Source: Lama glama (lineage: Eukaryota). From it: a stretch of 64,000 bases of DNA. Position numbers and translations under genes: made by a program. Of this stretch, positions 37,471 to 50,536 are shown one piece after another (position 1 is the first letter of the stretch; each line of letters opens with the position of its first letter). Under the pieces are notes generated by a model. That model was not told where the DNA came from. It saw only the letters and a program-made list of their open reading frames with translations, and searched no databases. The stretch spans positions 52,454,001 to 52,518,000 of the forward strand of contig CM052816.1 in assembly GCA_028534125.1 (NCBI GenBank), read 5' to 3'.

Positions 37471-40400
37471 CTTCCTCCTGATAACTTGTGGCTTTGAGTT
37501 TGGTTGCGTGAGGAATGGGAGGAAACCCCTTGCCCTCAGGTCTGTACAGAACCAACAAGGATGCCGTGTCCTTGGATGCCCAGAGCCAGACTTCGAGGCA
37601 ACACCCTTAGCAAGCCCGTCCCCTTCACCCCACAGTGTGGAATCTGTGTGTGATGTCTGTTTTCTTTTTCCAAAGCTGGGATGGAGCTTGGAACAGCAAA
37701 TATTTAATCAGAGCAAATTCCCCTTGCTAAATCCTGCCAGCTTGTTCAACTCAGAGGCTCTTTGCCTAAAAATATTCACCACTTACTGAAGGTTTTAAAT
37801 GAGTAAGTCACCCACAGAGCATAAAGCAGCTCTTAGTATTTGAAGCAGGAGTTTGCCTACTTTTATTTTGACTTAAAGATGCAATGCCACCTACTCACCT
37901 TTCCATGAGCCTAAGGGCCTCTGGCAGTAGACGGGTTGGAGGGGATTTGTGGGGGTGTCGGGGGAGGGGTGCAGGCCTGCTGGCATCAGCATTCTTCCTG
38001 AGCTGGATTTGAGAAGAAGGCAGGGAGAGAAGTGGGTGTGGGGTAGGGAGGCAGAGAAGAGTCTGACCTTGAAAGATGGGCCAGTGTAGATGAAAAGGTG
38101 CTGATGTACGTGTGTTATAGTAGGGTGTTGGGGACGTTGGGGGCAATGTGCATTGTGAATTAGCTTTGCTGATAGAATGGAAGAGAGAAGAGAGGGAAGA
38201 AGAGAGTTGAATGAGTTTTATAGAGCAATAAACCCCAGGTGAACAGAACAGAGTAAGTGAGGTGGCCTGGTGCCTCCATGAATATGGCTTGGACAGTAAA
38301 GCAATATTACCTCCTTGTTTCTGGTACCACTCATACAGGTGCAGCTTTTGTTTCCCACTAGAGGCTCTGAAATGTTCACTTTGTGTGGGGTCCCTCGTTA
38401 CTTCAGTATATGAAGATTTTAACCATGTGAGTTTGTTCACTCACTGTGAAATACAGCGAAAAATTCAGACTCCTTCAGAAAGAAAGCCCTTGCTGGCTTC
38501 TCTCATTACCTGTGGCGCGGGGGTGGGGGGAGGGCGCTTCCTGTATCCTGTATCCTAATTGCTGTTCTGAAGCAATTTCCAGACCAGACATTCTCACTGG
38601 GATGCTCCGGTGCTTCCAGTCCTGTATGTTAAAAACAAGCTCCTGATCTGTTCTTTCACTTCCACCCTTTGTCCTCTGCTAGCTCTACTCCCCCTCCACC
38701 CCAAACAGCTTTTTTTAAAAGCAGTTAAGTGCAGAAGAGAACAATCCCCGCCTCCGCAGTCCTTCACTTTCTCATCGTCCCTGCAGTCCTACCAATTATG
38801 ATCTCTACCCACAGAATTTCTGTTTTTCTCTGCCACTGCTTTACCTTCTTCATCTATAATGTGGACTAATAATCCAGTAGCCTTCTAATTTATCCTTCTG
38901 CCTCAAACCTGTCCCCTTTCTGGTATGGCCTCCACTTCGCAGCCAGAGGCATTCCAACTTAAAGAGTGGTTTCCCCTTGCTTACAGGATAGGAGCCAGAC
39001 TTTAGCATGCCATACATCTGGCCCTTCCCAACAAGACCCTGCCTTCTTTTAAGCTTCATCTCTTGCCAAGGAATACTTTTTTAGCAAAAGTATGTCCCAT
39101 GCAATATTAGTGTAAGTATGTCCCAACCATTGTATGGGACATAGTTATATTAAAAAATTAGTTATTATTTATACAAAATTAAACTTTAACAAGACACTCT
39201 GTGCTTTATCTGGATTGGTATTTTATCTAGCTTGGTCAAAAAGATAGCAGTATGTCTCTTTATGCAACTACATCTTGATCTGATGTGAAAAAATGGCAGT
39301 TGCACAAACTTGCTGAGTACAAAATGTATGGTGTTTCTTTATGAAATCTTTTATACCTGTTCTTGAAAATGGAGATGTTGTAATACAGTCTCAGTATTAA
39401 TGCATTTTTGCCTGAGACACTAATTTGGAAAAACGTGTTTGAGATTCAGGTGCAGTAATCATTGCGGATCTTTTCTGAGGGAAGGAAATCCTCATCGAGG
39501 AAGATGAACTCCAATTAAATTTAGTCTTCTATGTATGGAAATCTTAACCTCAGTTATTATTGTTTCTTCAGAATCTTTTCTGGAGAAGAAACTAAATGCT
39601 TCAATTTTAACTCTAGCTTTGTGTCATTTTTCTCTAAGTGTTTTTTGTTTTTGTCTTGTAAATAATGGCTATAATACGATTTTAAACTTATTTTCTGTTC
39701 TGAAGAGTGTTCAACTTTGATACTGATAAGCAGCAAGTTTTATTTTTTTAACCACTGACTAAATCTTTATTTTTCTGACATTAATAGAAATGTGCTGTTT
39801 ATTCTCATTCTGTAAGATTTTAATTATTCTGATGATGTAAATAGGTTTTGCATTGAAACCTTCTAATTGGACTAGAATAAACCATTATCAACATTTATCA
39901 GAAAATTAAGATGCATAAATAAAGAGATCCAGTGGATCAAAAAAAAAATCCAATTAACAACCAGTTTACAGAGAAAAATAAAATGGCTGTAACTTTAAGA
40001 AAAGTTATGGACCTTACTAGTAGTTAGGAAGATGGGCATTGAAACAAGATAGGTTTTTTTTATCTTTAAATCTTGGGTGGTTCAGATTGGAAATGTGAGC
40101 TGTCTCAGATGTTACTGGTGGGATATAAACACAGCCTTTAAGAGTATAATTTAACTTTATCTCTTGAAATTTTAAAATGTAGATACTACTTTGACCCATT
40201 GATTTCATTGCTAAGGTCAGGAGTTTTTCGTATATAAATAATAGCATATGTGCAACTATTCTATATATTTATGCATTTCAAGAAAAGTATACTTGTGTAT
40301 TATAAGTATACTTTTAAAAAATTCTGATGCTGGATTTCAGAATTCATTAGGGGTAAGTGAAAGTGGAGTGTGGTATATTATGAGCACTGCATCTTTTAAA

Positions 40401-40577
40401 AAGATTCAGAAAAAATTAAGAGAAAGGTCTTTGGAAGGGAGACTTTTTTCTCAGTCTTTGTTGGCCTCTGCATGTGGTGTATTTCTCATTGGGTTTTGAC
40501 TTGTGGGCTGAAAGAACACTCCATGGCAGCCACTCTTTATCCAGTTTTAACAGATGACTTTGTCTCTTTTTCCTCAG

Positions 40578-40756
40578 ATCCCTTTCTTCGAAGACATTTG
40601 TAAAGGCATTAAAGCTGGCGACACCTGTGAGAAGCTGGTGGGGTATTCGGCAGTGTATAGAGTCTGTTTTGGGATGGCCTGTTTCTTCTTTCTCTTCTGC
40701 CTCCTGACCTTAAAAGTCAACAACAGTAAAAGTTGTAGGGCCTACATTCACAACGG
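40578..40756 (+). CDS. SERINC5: SERINC5 exon 3 (IPFFEDICKGIKAGDTCEKLVGYSAVYRVCFGMACFFFLFCLLTLKVNNSKSCRAYIHNG)
   Basis: Acceptor ttttcctcag, donor gtaagt, 179 nt. Clear SERINC5 peptide. Confidence 0.97.
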
Positions 40757-41226
40757 GTAAGTCTTCATGGGGACTGTTGCTCCTTTCCTTATGTTCAGAG
40801 CAGCATTCAAGGACCCTTTCTACTCGTCAGACCCTCTGACTGCTTCGTCTCGTTGAAAGTGTTGACCCTGATTTTAGGGAAGGTGAAACTTACACTTGTC
40901 ACTGCACAGTGGCCTGAGAACTAGAGTCCTATTTTAGCACCTGGTGCCATCATGAGAAATGCAGGGGAGATAAGAGCTTTCGTGTACCAAGACCTTTTAC
41001 CAGGTCACTTCCACCCCTGCAATGAAATAGTTTTGCACAATCAGAGGCCAGGCTGAGTCTGTCTAATTATGGGAAAAGGCAGCCTCCAGTCAGTTAATTA
41101 CTTCCCCTCCATTTGGAGAGAACAGAATCGCAGATTGGCACGCTTACCTTCTAAGAGGACTTTTGTCCTTCTTTGAATATCATTTAAATACATTTCCTCT
41201 TTTTTTTGTTTTTTCTCTCTCTCCAG

Positions 41227-41309
41227 CTTTTGGTTCTTTAAACTTCTGCTGTTGGGGGCCATGTGCTCAGGAGCCTTCTTCATTCCAGATCAGGAGACCT
41301 TTCTGAATG
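41227..41309 (+). CDS. SERINC5: SERINC5 exon 4 (FWFFKLLLLGAMCSGAFFIPDQETFLN)
   Basis: Acceptor ctctccag, donor gtacaa, 83 nt. Phase continues from exon 3. Confidence 0.96.
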
Positions 41310-42494
41310 GTACAAATTGGGTATTTGGGGGTATATCTATTTGGTTTTTACCCACTTTGTAAAAATTGTTCAAAAGTGTAGTCCAAGGTACTTTTGATAT
41401 TTAGAATTGCTGATCTTCTTGTGGCTTAAAAAAAAATATGCCTCACCTGCCCTCACTTCACCCACCCCCTCTCCTCCCTGTCCCCCTCCCCTGCCTCTAA
41501 CTCCTTCCCTCCCTGGCAAGGGGTGAGAAGACCTTTAGTTACGCTGCTGGCTGGAGAGTTGAAATGATAAAGTTAAGGTTATTGGTTTAAAGGGGAAATG
41601 CAGCACTTAAAACTTGTTTGAAAACCAGTTTAGCACATCAGTATCACCCAGGGAGACCTTATTCTTTCCAAGCTCCGCACACAAACCCAGCGACATGGAA
41701 CGCAGGGCTTCTTAGCATTTTTAAATCTACTGCAGCTCCAATGGGATCAGAAAGGCATGCTTCAGGCTATTTCTAAACTTACCTCACATCACATTTTGTA
41801 ACACTGAATTATATGCCTGTTGATAGAACCTACCAGAATTATTGGATATGAAGCATTCCATCATAGCTGAAACAAGAGGCCCTTCTTCATATGAGCTAGA
41901 GAGAAAGAAAAAGCCTGAGTTTCACAGGTTCAAAACCCTGTTCAAACCCAAATGTGTTCACTTTCCTAATCAAGGTAGTGAAAACATTCACATTGTGAGT
42001 AAGGAGCAGCCCTAGTCCTCAAACATTCACATATCAGGGTCCAGCTAGTCTCTTAGGGTCATACTGGTTTTATATACTCCTTAAGAAAGTTGTATGCAAG
42101 TTGTCTTTTTACCTAAAATACTGTTAACTAGCCTTCTATTCCCCTCAGAGTTCCTTTTATGCATTAAAATCATATATTTAGAATGGGGCAGGACCTAGCA
42201 GTCAGCCCGCCAGCACAGCCCAGGCATTTTGTAGACAGGCTGTAATCCAGAGAAGCAACGTGCTCATCCAAGGTTAGAGCATCTTTGTGGCTGAGCCAGA
42301 AGTAGAACCTGAGTCATTGGCCCCCAGTTTGAACCTCGTTTCCTCACTGGTGGGTCTCTACCCAATAAAATTTGAATCCTTGGTTTTTCTGGCAGTGTGT
42401 GTTTTTGCTTTAAAATTGTAGGTTGCTGTTGATTTTATGAATTACTGCATCTATTAAGATATCTGGCATTTATTTACAGCATGGAGGTGAAGCT

Positions 42495-42690
42495 TGGATG
42501 CTGTGGCATCAGACTACTTGTGTTCACATCCTAGCCACCCCCCTTTACTGTCTCTGGGACCTTGTCAACTTATGTAGACTCTGTTTTTCTCATCTGTAAA
42601 GTGGGTATGATAGTAGCGCCACTTTGTCTGGTTGTGTGGGGATGAAATGTGTTCCCAGTACCGTGAGCATGCGGTAATAATTACCTGTAG
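42495..42690 (+). mobile_element. MIR
   Basis: CTCTGTTTTCTCATCTGTAAAGTGGG, the MIR core. Confidence 0.65.
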
Positions 42691-42761
42691 TCATTGCTCT
42701 TTTTTGAATTAAACACTGGGAATGGTCACCTCATCTCCTTTTGAATGGTCTTCTTTTGCAG

Positions 42762-42855
42762 CCTGGCGCTATGTGGGAGCCGTCGGAGGCTTCCTCTTTC
42801 TAGGCATCCAGCTCCTCTTGCTTGTGGAGTTTGCACATAAATGGAACAAGAACTG
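42762..42855 (+). CDS. SERINC5: SERINC5 exon 5 ([32 protein letters not shown])
   Basis: Acceptor ttttgcag, donor gtatgt, 94 nt. In frame. Confidence 0.96.
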
Positions 42856-45081
42856 GTATGTGCCTTTATGGAAAGCTTCCCTGTGAACTCGCTCTCTGAC
42901 TCAGAGAAAGTGCCTGCCTCGCAGACAGAGGCTCTGCTCTGGGTTGTGCTGACAGGGGTTAGCAGCCTGCTTACACCCAAAACAATTTTGATGGCTCTCT
43001 CCCTTCATGCCTGCTCTTTGGGCCTCTGTGTTGACTCCTCTCCCATACTGTTTTTCTCTCCTTTCTGCCTTTGCTTCTTCCACTTGATTTCTTTTCACTT
43101 TTTGGCTCTTTTTCCCGCACACTCCTCACTAGGGCTCTTTGTCAACCAGGGGTGTGACTTAGCCACACTCAGCCCCCTCGCTGGCACCTCGCAGCCCCGG
43201 CTCTGTGCTTGTGTTAGTGGCTGAAAACTTGGTTAGACTTTCTCCTAAGCGCCCATCCTTAGGAGACTGAAAAAAGTGCTTTGAAGCTGAAGGTTCACTT
43301 TCTGCAGAGAATGTGTGATGGAATAGTTCTCTCTTTTCAAAAAATTTTTTATTCTTTTTCAACTGCCTAAGAGGGGAAGGACCCCTTCATTAGGAAGACC
43401 TGTTGTATTACCTTAGAAAGCCATCCAGACTTTTAGAAAAAATGTAGACTCTTTCTGAGTCTTTGAAAATAGAATTCATATCCCAGGATAAGTGGGAAAT
43501 GCCAAACTATTAGTGGCTTGTCTTATTTCTTGCTGAGCCACCTTAAGGAAATGACGACTAGACAAGGGTCCAGTCACTTCACTGCTAAGGCCAAGTTGAC
43601 TCTCTTTGTAATTCTGGGCAAAGCACTTAGCTGCTCTGTCTTACTATACTTACAAAATAGGAATGAAAATAACTGCCTGCTGTACCCAGTAAGGCTTTTG
43701 TTATTTTGTAGATCTTGTAGACATCATGTTTTTTTATACTGTCTGGGGGGAAAAATCAGAACGTTCTATATGAATATGACTCATTTATTTTGGACGAAAC
43801 AAAATATACTGTCCACATTCTCTCAAAACACTTCTCATTCTGACTACATTCCTCAGCTTGGTAGTAGTAGTTGTCTTGGTTTGGTTTTTTTAAAGATCAA
43901 AGTATAAGATACATGAGTGAAAAGATAGCATCACTCATTTTATTATTTGGTAAATATTGGAGTAAGCACCCCAATGCTTACAGCCAGTTTTTAAAATATT
44001 TACAGTACATTGAGTAGTCATACAGATAGCACTACAGGAGTGTTTTGGTGTTTTTTTTTTCAAGTCTTAATCTCTACAATAATACAGATTTCTAAATCTG
44101 AGTTGTGCTCATGTATAAGCTATGGCATGCTGTCCTGCTTTTTGAGTCGTCCTCGAAACCTAGTGATTTGTTTGGAGTTTCTACTAGATCTTGTTTTGAG
44201 GCAGCAAAGTTTTCCTAAAGATAAGCAAGATGGGTGACTGTAGTTTTATGTGACCATGTTTTCTCAGTCGTGCAGAAGAAATATGTACAATAGGTTGGAG
44301 GTGCATTTTAATTAGATATCACTTTCCATTGGCAATTCTTAATGTTCTTGCACTCTGAACTTTTACTAGACAAAAGAAATACGTCACCCTAAATCTTTTC
44401 CTAAATTTTCACAAATCAACTTTGCATAAGGAACTTCATAGTAAAATATTAATATCTTTGATAGTGAGTGCCTGATTTCCCATCAAATACTGTGTTCTCT
44501 TGAGAATGCTTGTGCTTCTTTATTCTGACCTTAATGTTTTGATTGATTCTGAAGCCATTTTCTGGGACTAATTATTGATGCCAACTTTTAACGGGCATTT
44601 TGGAAGAGTTTGGTTGCTTTAAAGACTTTCAGAAACCGCCCGCTAGGAATGACTCAAGAGCTTTGCAACAGTTGATTTTGCTGCTGTCTTGGCTTTGAGG
44701 CCAGTATCCCAACAAAATCCCTTTTGTCCACGTACTCATGGTTGTTTGGTCTGCCTAAAATTGGGACTAAGCTAGGAAATGTACTAATATTGTTATTTTC
44801 ATGTAAGTTCATCTGATTTAGTTTTTTTGATGTGTTTTGTGACAGAGATTATTACTTACAAGGTTAGTTTGAAAACACAATACTCATCTCACTCTGCACG
44901 AAGCAACCAAAGTCTTCCTTCTCTTTTCCTTTCTTTTTTTTCTTTTTGTAAAGATCTTGAGAAGGAGGAGATCTCAAAGGCAGTAGAATAGAAAGGCCAT
45001 GAGCCTGGACACCAGGAAGCTGAAAGTTTTAATGCCCCTCACTGTTTGGCTGCTGTTTTACTTTAGGCATATGATTTGGCG

Positions 45082-45427
45082 AGTTGGAGCAAAAATTAAT
45101 TCAAATTGGGTACCTTCCAATCTAGCAGATAGAAAGGAGCTCCAGGGAGCTGTGCAAAATAAAAAGACTTACAGGCAGAAGGGAGTGGGAGCAAGGAAGT
45201 TACACCACGCAAAAAGGTGGGTTGGATATTGTAAGATTACTTTCTTTTTCTTTAGTGGGTGGCAGAGGTCCATCAGTCGGATTACCTGACTAGTGCTGAT
45301 CAGGGGATTCCTGAATGACTGGTTTAAGATTCAATTTCTGGGGGAGGTGAAGCTCTGAGTTGTGTTGGTTTAGTGACATGGGGCATAAGTGACTCCGTTT
45401 TGAACCTGTTGTCTGTTTTTTTTAACA
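45082..45427 (-). mobile_element. Probable ERV1 LTR fragment
   Basis: GGAGCTCC...GGCAGAAGGGAGTGGGAGCAAGGAAGTTA...TTAACA resembles recalled laurasiatherian ERV1 LTRs. Confidence 0.5.
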
Positions 45428-45914
45428 CTTTCTAGGTCAAATTTTGTGCTTTGAAGTGTCAGTTCTGTATCAAAACTGAAATAACAAAAAGTAGGTAGTA
45501 TATTCAGGTGTTTCTAATGAAGACCCGTTTTCTAGATTTTTCTGGATTTTGCATTCCCATTGTCGTTGGGCTTTGCTTACTCCTAACCCTCACCCCAAAC
45601 CTGAGCCCAGCCGCCTCTCCTAACCTGATAACCTGGTTGCTTCTGTGTCCATACACTCCACCCTGCTGCCTGGTCGTTTTCTAATCGTTCTAATCTCCAT
45701 CCAAGTGATTCTCATTGCGCATCGATTCAGAATTTTTGGACTATTAACTGTGTGCCAGGCACGGAGAGTAGAAGGGTGAATAGTCCACAGCACTTATTTG
45801 GGATGTCTGTACAAGAAAGATGTCATCAGGAGGACCAGCTGAGTCTGGAGCAGCAGGAATAGCAGCCACTCTGCTAACACTGCTGCATCAGGTTACCTTC
45901 TTGTACAGTTGACA

Positions 45915-46800
45915 GTTCTTCTCTAGTGTTCATTAAGCACCTGTTTTTTGCCAGGCACTCAGCAGTACGAGAGCAGCAGTGAATGCAGCAATGTCCTGCC
46001 CTGTGGAGCTTACATTCTCCTGGGGAAGCGGGAGTGGGGTGGGGGATCAACTTATAATCAGGCAAGTAAGTTATAGGTTCAGTGGTGGAAAGTGCTCTGG
46101 AGAAAAAGAAAGTGGGGTGTGGGAGCTGGGGAGAGCAGGGCAGGAAAAGGCTTTCATGGTAAGGTGTGAGGGAAACAAAGGAAGCTGAGCAGAGCCCGAG
46201 GCAGGACTGTGCTGGGCTTGTTTAAGGAGCAGAGGGACATCCACTATGGCTTGACCCCAGTGGTGAGAGAAGGGCACAGAGACAAAATCAGAGATGGCCC
46301 TGGGGCCGTGTGGGATGGAGGGGTGCTAAAGGGACAGAACCTGATGTGTATTTTAAGTTGCACAAGAGATTAGAAGGGGTCAGAGGTGCAAGTAGGGAGA
46401 CCAGCGGGAGATGATCCAGTTGAGGGGCGAGGTAGCTTGGAGCCAGATGGTCACAGCGGTAAGATTCTGATATATTCTGAAGTTGGAACCAGTGGAATCC
46501 TCTGCTGGTGATAGCATGGCGGTGAGGGATGTGAGCAGGGAGAGAAACGTGGCAATCTCTGCAGTTCTTTTCTTATCTCCCCCCCCCCCAAACCCACTCC
46601 CAGTGAGAATAGAACTGCCATTTTCTGAGGTTGGGAAGATCATGGAAGAGCAGGTTTGGGGAGTGGAGGATTGACTTGGGAAGTTCACCTGGACCTGCAG
46701 AGTTTGACATGCCGATTAGACCCCCAAGTGAGGATGTTAACAGCTGGATAATATGAGCCTGGAGTTGAGGGGAGAGGTTAGGGTTGAAGATTTAACTTTG
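45915..46800 (-). mobile_element. L2, antisense
   Basis: CATTAAGCACCT...TGCCAGGCACT, CCTGCCCTGTGGAGCTTACATTCT and GGAGAGGTTAGGGTTGAAGAT. Confidence 0.8.
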
Positions 46801-48117
46801 GCAATCTAAGCATAAATTGAATGGAAGAAAGACCTTCTCATACTAACAACATGACCCAAAAGACGAGTGAAGAAACAGCTGGACCCCACCTACACACCGC
46901 TCAGCAGTGTTCACCTCTTTCTACTTAATTCATCCTCTCTCCCTGTCATCGATTACTGTCTGGCTCTTTCCTTTCTCTGTTCTCATTTTCTCTTTGTTTG
47001 TTTTCTGTACCTTCTTTGTTAGAATAACTCTGGTCATTGGAGCGTCTGGCTTGGTTTCAGGAATATGATGGTCATTATCATTTTGGCCTTTCCTCCCTGT
47101 TTTGTTTGTCTCTGGCTACAGTAGCTTTTTCATCATTGAAACATTTTAGCTGGGTTGCTTGAACACTTTCCAGCTTTGTGAAGACATTAAGCAAGTTGCT
47201 GTCTCTGTGAAAGTTTGTGAGAATGTGGTTACAAAGGACAATTTAATCCTAAGGCAGATGGTGGTGATTCAGTCCATTCACCCTGCTGTTGTTCTGTCCT
47301 CTTCATTTAGCGTCGACAAGAACTCTTTTCTTTGTTCTGAACAATTTCTATAGATTGTTAAACCACCACTTGCTTCTGCCATTCCTTTATTAATATTTAT
47401 GTAAAGCACATTAACCTCATCTTTTAGATTCTTTATTGTAAATCCCATTAAAATTTTTACTCTTTTCCTGGCTGATTTTACTCTCCACTTCTTTTTAACG
47501 TCACATTCTCCTTAATCATACTCGGCATTGTTTGGGAGACAGATTCTCCTTTTCAGTGCAGGGATAAAAGAGCTGAGGTCAGCCAGCCTTTTTCTGAGTG
47601 AAGTTCATTGGCTTCTCTCTCCCTAAAGAGAAGATGGGCATCAGCAGGAGCTCCTGGTGGTACTTGGAGAAAGAGACTGGCACCTCCAGGCCCTGTGTTT
47701 ACGGGGGCACTCCTTATATAGAGAACTCCAGCAAAGAGCCACTTTCTGATCCTGCCAAAGCCTGTCCCGGGGTAACTGACATTCAGAAAGGGGAAGCTGG
47801 AATAGTCCATGGATATTCATTTTAGTTGATGAGTACACTTAAGTCAAAAATGGAATTCTTTCAATTTTTAGAGACAATTCCAAGCTTGAGCCAAGTTTTT
47901 GGTTTTGATTTTTTGTGGGTTTTTTTTGTTTTTTGTTTTGGCATATTTATCTGTATCTCCTAATTGGTAAAATAGTGGCTCTTCTAGATAACTCAGTCAT
48001 GATGGCCTGGGGCCTGATAGCATTAGCTAGTAATGGCTGAGGGATGATAAATGTCGCCGGAGAATCAACTGACCTGTCTTCTCTCCCCTTCCTCTCGTCC
48101 ACTTCCTGGAGAAACAG

Positions 48118-48329
48118 GACTGCAGGCACAGCCAGCAACAAGCTGTGGTACGCCTCTCTGTCCCTGGTGACCCTCATCACGTACTCCATCGCCACGGGAG
48201 GCTTGATTTTGATGGCAGTGTTTTATACACAGAAAGATGGCTGCATGGATAACAAAATTCTCCTGGGGGTAAACGGAGGCCTGTGTCTGCTTATTTCGGT
48301 GGTAGCCATCTCGCCCCCTGTCCAAGATC
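48118..48329 (+). CDS. SERINC5: SERINC5 exon 6 (TAGTASNKLWYASL...VAISPPVQD)
   Basis: Acceptor aaacag, donor gtaagc, 212 nt. In frame. Confidence 0.96.
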
Positions 48330-49470
48330 GTAAGCACAGTGTTGTTTTGTTTTGTTTTCTCCTATGCTTATTTATAAGTGTCTTTGAGCAAACCCACTTT
48401 TCTTCCTCATTTTAATTGTGGTCATTCCTTAATTTACCACGGGTGGGTCAGCAATGGGAAAGTTGGGACTCCAGTGTCCTCTTCATATCACATGCCTTAT
48501 GTCAAGAAAAATTTGAATGTGATGGAGTCAGTAAATAAGGAGATAGATGCTGCCATTATTAAATAATGTACTAAATTAAATAAAGGATCCTTTAAGTGGA
48601 AAATACTCCTTAGTGGATATTTAGCTCTTCTGTAAAATCTCTGTGTAAAACTTGAATGAATGAAAAGGCTCTGGAAGGAGCTGTTTGTGGGCTCATCTTT
48701 CACTCGAGATCCCCGTGGACCAGAAATCGGGGACAGCATGGTTCCAGAGTCAGGAAGCAGGAAATCCGATCCCTGCTCGGCCAGCAGCTGGCCCCGGGAG
48801 CCAACCTTCCTCATCCCCAGTCCTTCCTTAGCAAAGCCAACAGAAACGTGCGAGCCCAACCGTGCTCACGGTTGTTTCAAAGCCAAGAGGAAGAGACGAT
48901 GGGATTTGAAAGTGCTTTAGAAAATATAGGTGTGATTTGTCTTTTATATATGATTTCTGATATCTTAAAACAGTATGCTGTCTTTGATTATAGAAAGAAA
49001 CATCCCTGGTCTAATGTCTCTTATACGTTTCTTACATACCGGTGATGAAAGTGCACTGGACATTCAGGTCTCTAGACAGGAAAAACACAATAAGGGCAAC
49101 AAATGAATAGCCTGTTGAATCCTTTCTAAAGTGGTGATTTAAAAAGGCAGCTAGTATAGGGTAAAGGTTTTCTGTACTAAAAATTTCAAGTTCATTACTG
49201 AAAATGATATTTTTATTCCCCCAGTTCCTTTAACTGCTCAGTTAAGAATTTCCTAAAACATTATTAGTATTCAGATTAAAATTGCCTTTGGATTAAATCC
49301 TACCTTTGAAATAGTTATAATATTTTGAAATATTTGGTTTAATGCCATTAGTTGGTAAGGTTCAGTCTTACTCCCATGCCAAAGAGCAACATTATAAAAG
49401 GGTCTATTTCTGTACCTATATTGGTCATTAGAATTTAATAATTATAATTCTGGAAATAAATTTAATCATG

Positions 49471-49620
49471 GGTTGAGGAGGATATAGCCCAGTGGTAGAG
49501 CTAGTGCCTAGCATGCTCAAGGTCCTGGGTTCAATCCCCATTACCTCCACTATAAGAAAATAAATAAATCTAATTACCTCCCACTCCAAAAAAAAAAAAA
49601 ACCACTTAAAAATGTTTTAA
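49471..49620 (+). mobile_element. tRNA-derived SINE (vic-1-like)
   Basis: TATAGCCCAGTGGTAGAG...GGTCCTGGGTTCAATCCCC followed by a tail. TTAATCA flanking repeat. Confidence 0.85.
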
Positions 49621-50440
49621 AACTTAATCAGAGTGGAGACCAGGTAAAATTAAATTTTTTCATGTCAGCAGGTGATTGAAAATTTCACCAAAAAAAAGGA
49701 TAGATCCCTTTTATCACATCTTGGTTACTCTCAACCATCCAAGCAGTTTAATTTAAATATTGTAACATTAAAGCCCTTCTCCCCGTGAATGATGAGTCCC
49801 CCATAGCTTTCCTCTTTGGCTTGGACCAGCTCTAGTATTTCCAACAGTTTTTGTCCGTTGACAGATAAGAGCTTTTTCCCACTGTCATGGACTGTGGGTG
49901 TCTGATGGCCTTGTAGAATGTGGAATCCAGACCCTACGGAATCCATTACTTACCCCACTAAGCTATGTGATCTCACAAATAATGATGGTAAGTTTTCTTT
50001 GGAAAGCTTGTGACTTAAGAACTAACGTTATGAACCTTAGGGAGCCCAGGCAGTATGTTTAAGTACAGTTGTAGTTTTTTTTTTTTTTATAGCTTTTATT
50101 ATGTTGAGATATGTTCCCTCTATACCCACTTCGGCGAGAGTTTTTATCATAAATGGGTGTTGAATTTCAGTTGTAGTTATTATCAAAATAAGGTGTTGGG
50201 AGAGAACTCGGCAGAACATGGCATCTCTACAGTAGCAGTTAGGCTCAGTGGATCACTCCCTTTCCCCCAGATCTTTTCCGTGTAATCTGAGAAACACATT
50301 CTGTACCTCTTCTTTCCTCTAAGAGTAGAGCTCCAAGTTGGAGGAATATCATTTGAGGGAGACCTTTTTTGGGGGGCACGTATGCATTCTTATCATTGAC
50401 ATTTAAAACAACGTCTCCAAATCTGCCCCTCGTTCTCCAG

Positions 50441-50536
50441 GACAGCCGCACTCTGGGTTACTGCAATCGGGCCTCATAAGCTGCTACGTCACATACCTCA
50501 CGTTCTCAGCTCTGTCCAGCAAACCTGTGGAAGTAG
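50441..50536 (+). CDS. SERINC5: SERINC5 exon 7 ([32 protein letters not shown])
   Basis: Acceptor ttctccag, donor gtaagc, 96 nt. Contains the conserved SERINC SGLLQS motif. Confidence 0.96.

Noticed and set aside
37895..38440. 181-aa minus-strand ORF
   Set aside because: Low-complexity Pro/Ser/Leu translation of G-rich intronic DNA, with no recognisable domain.
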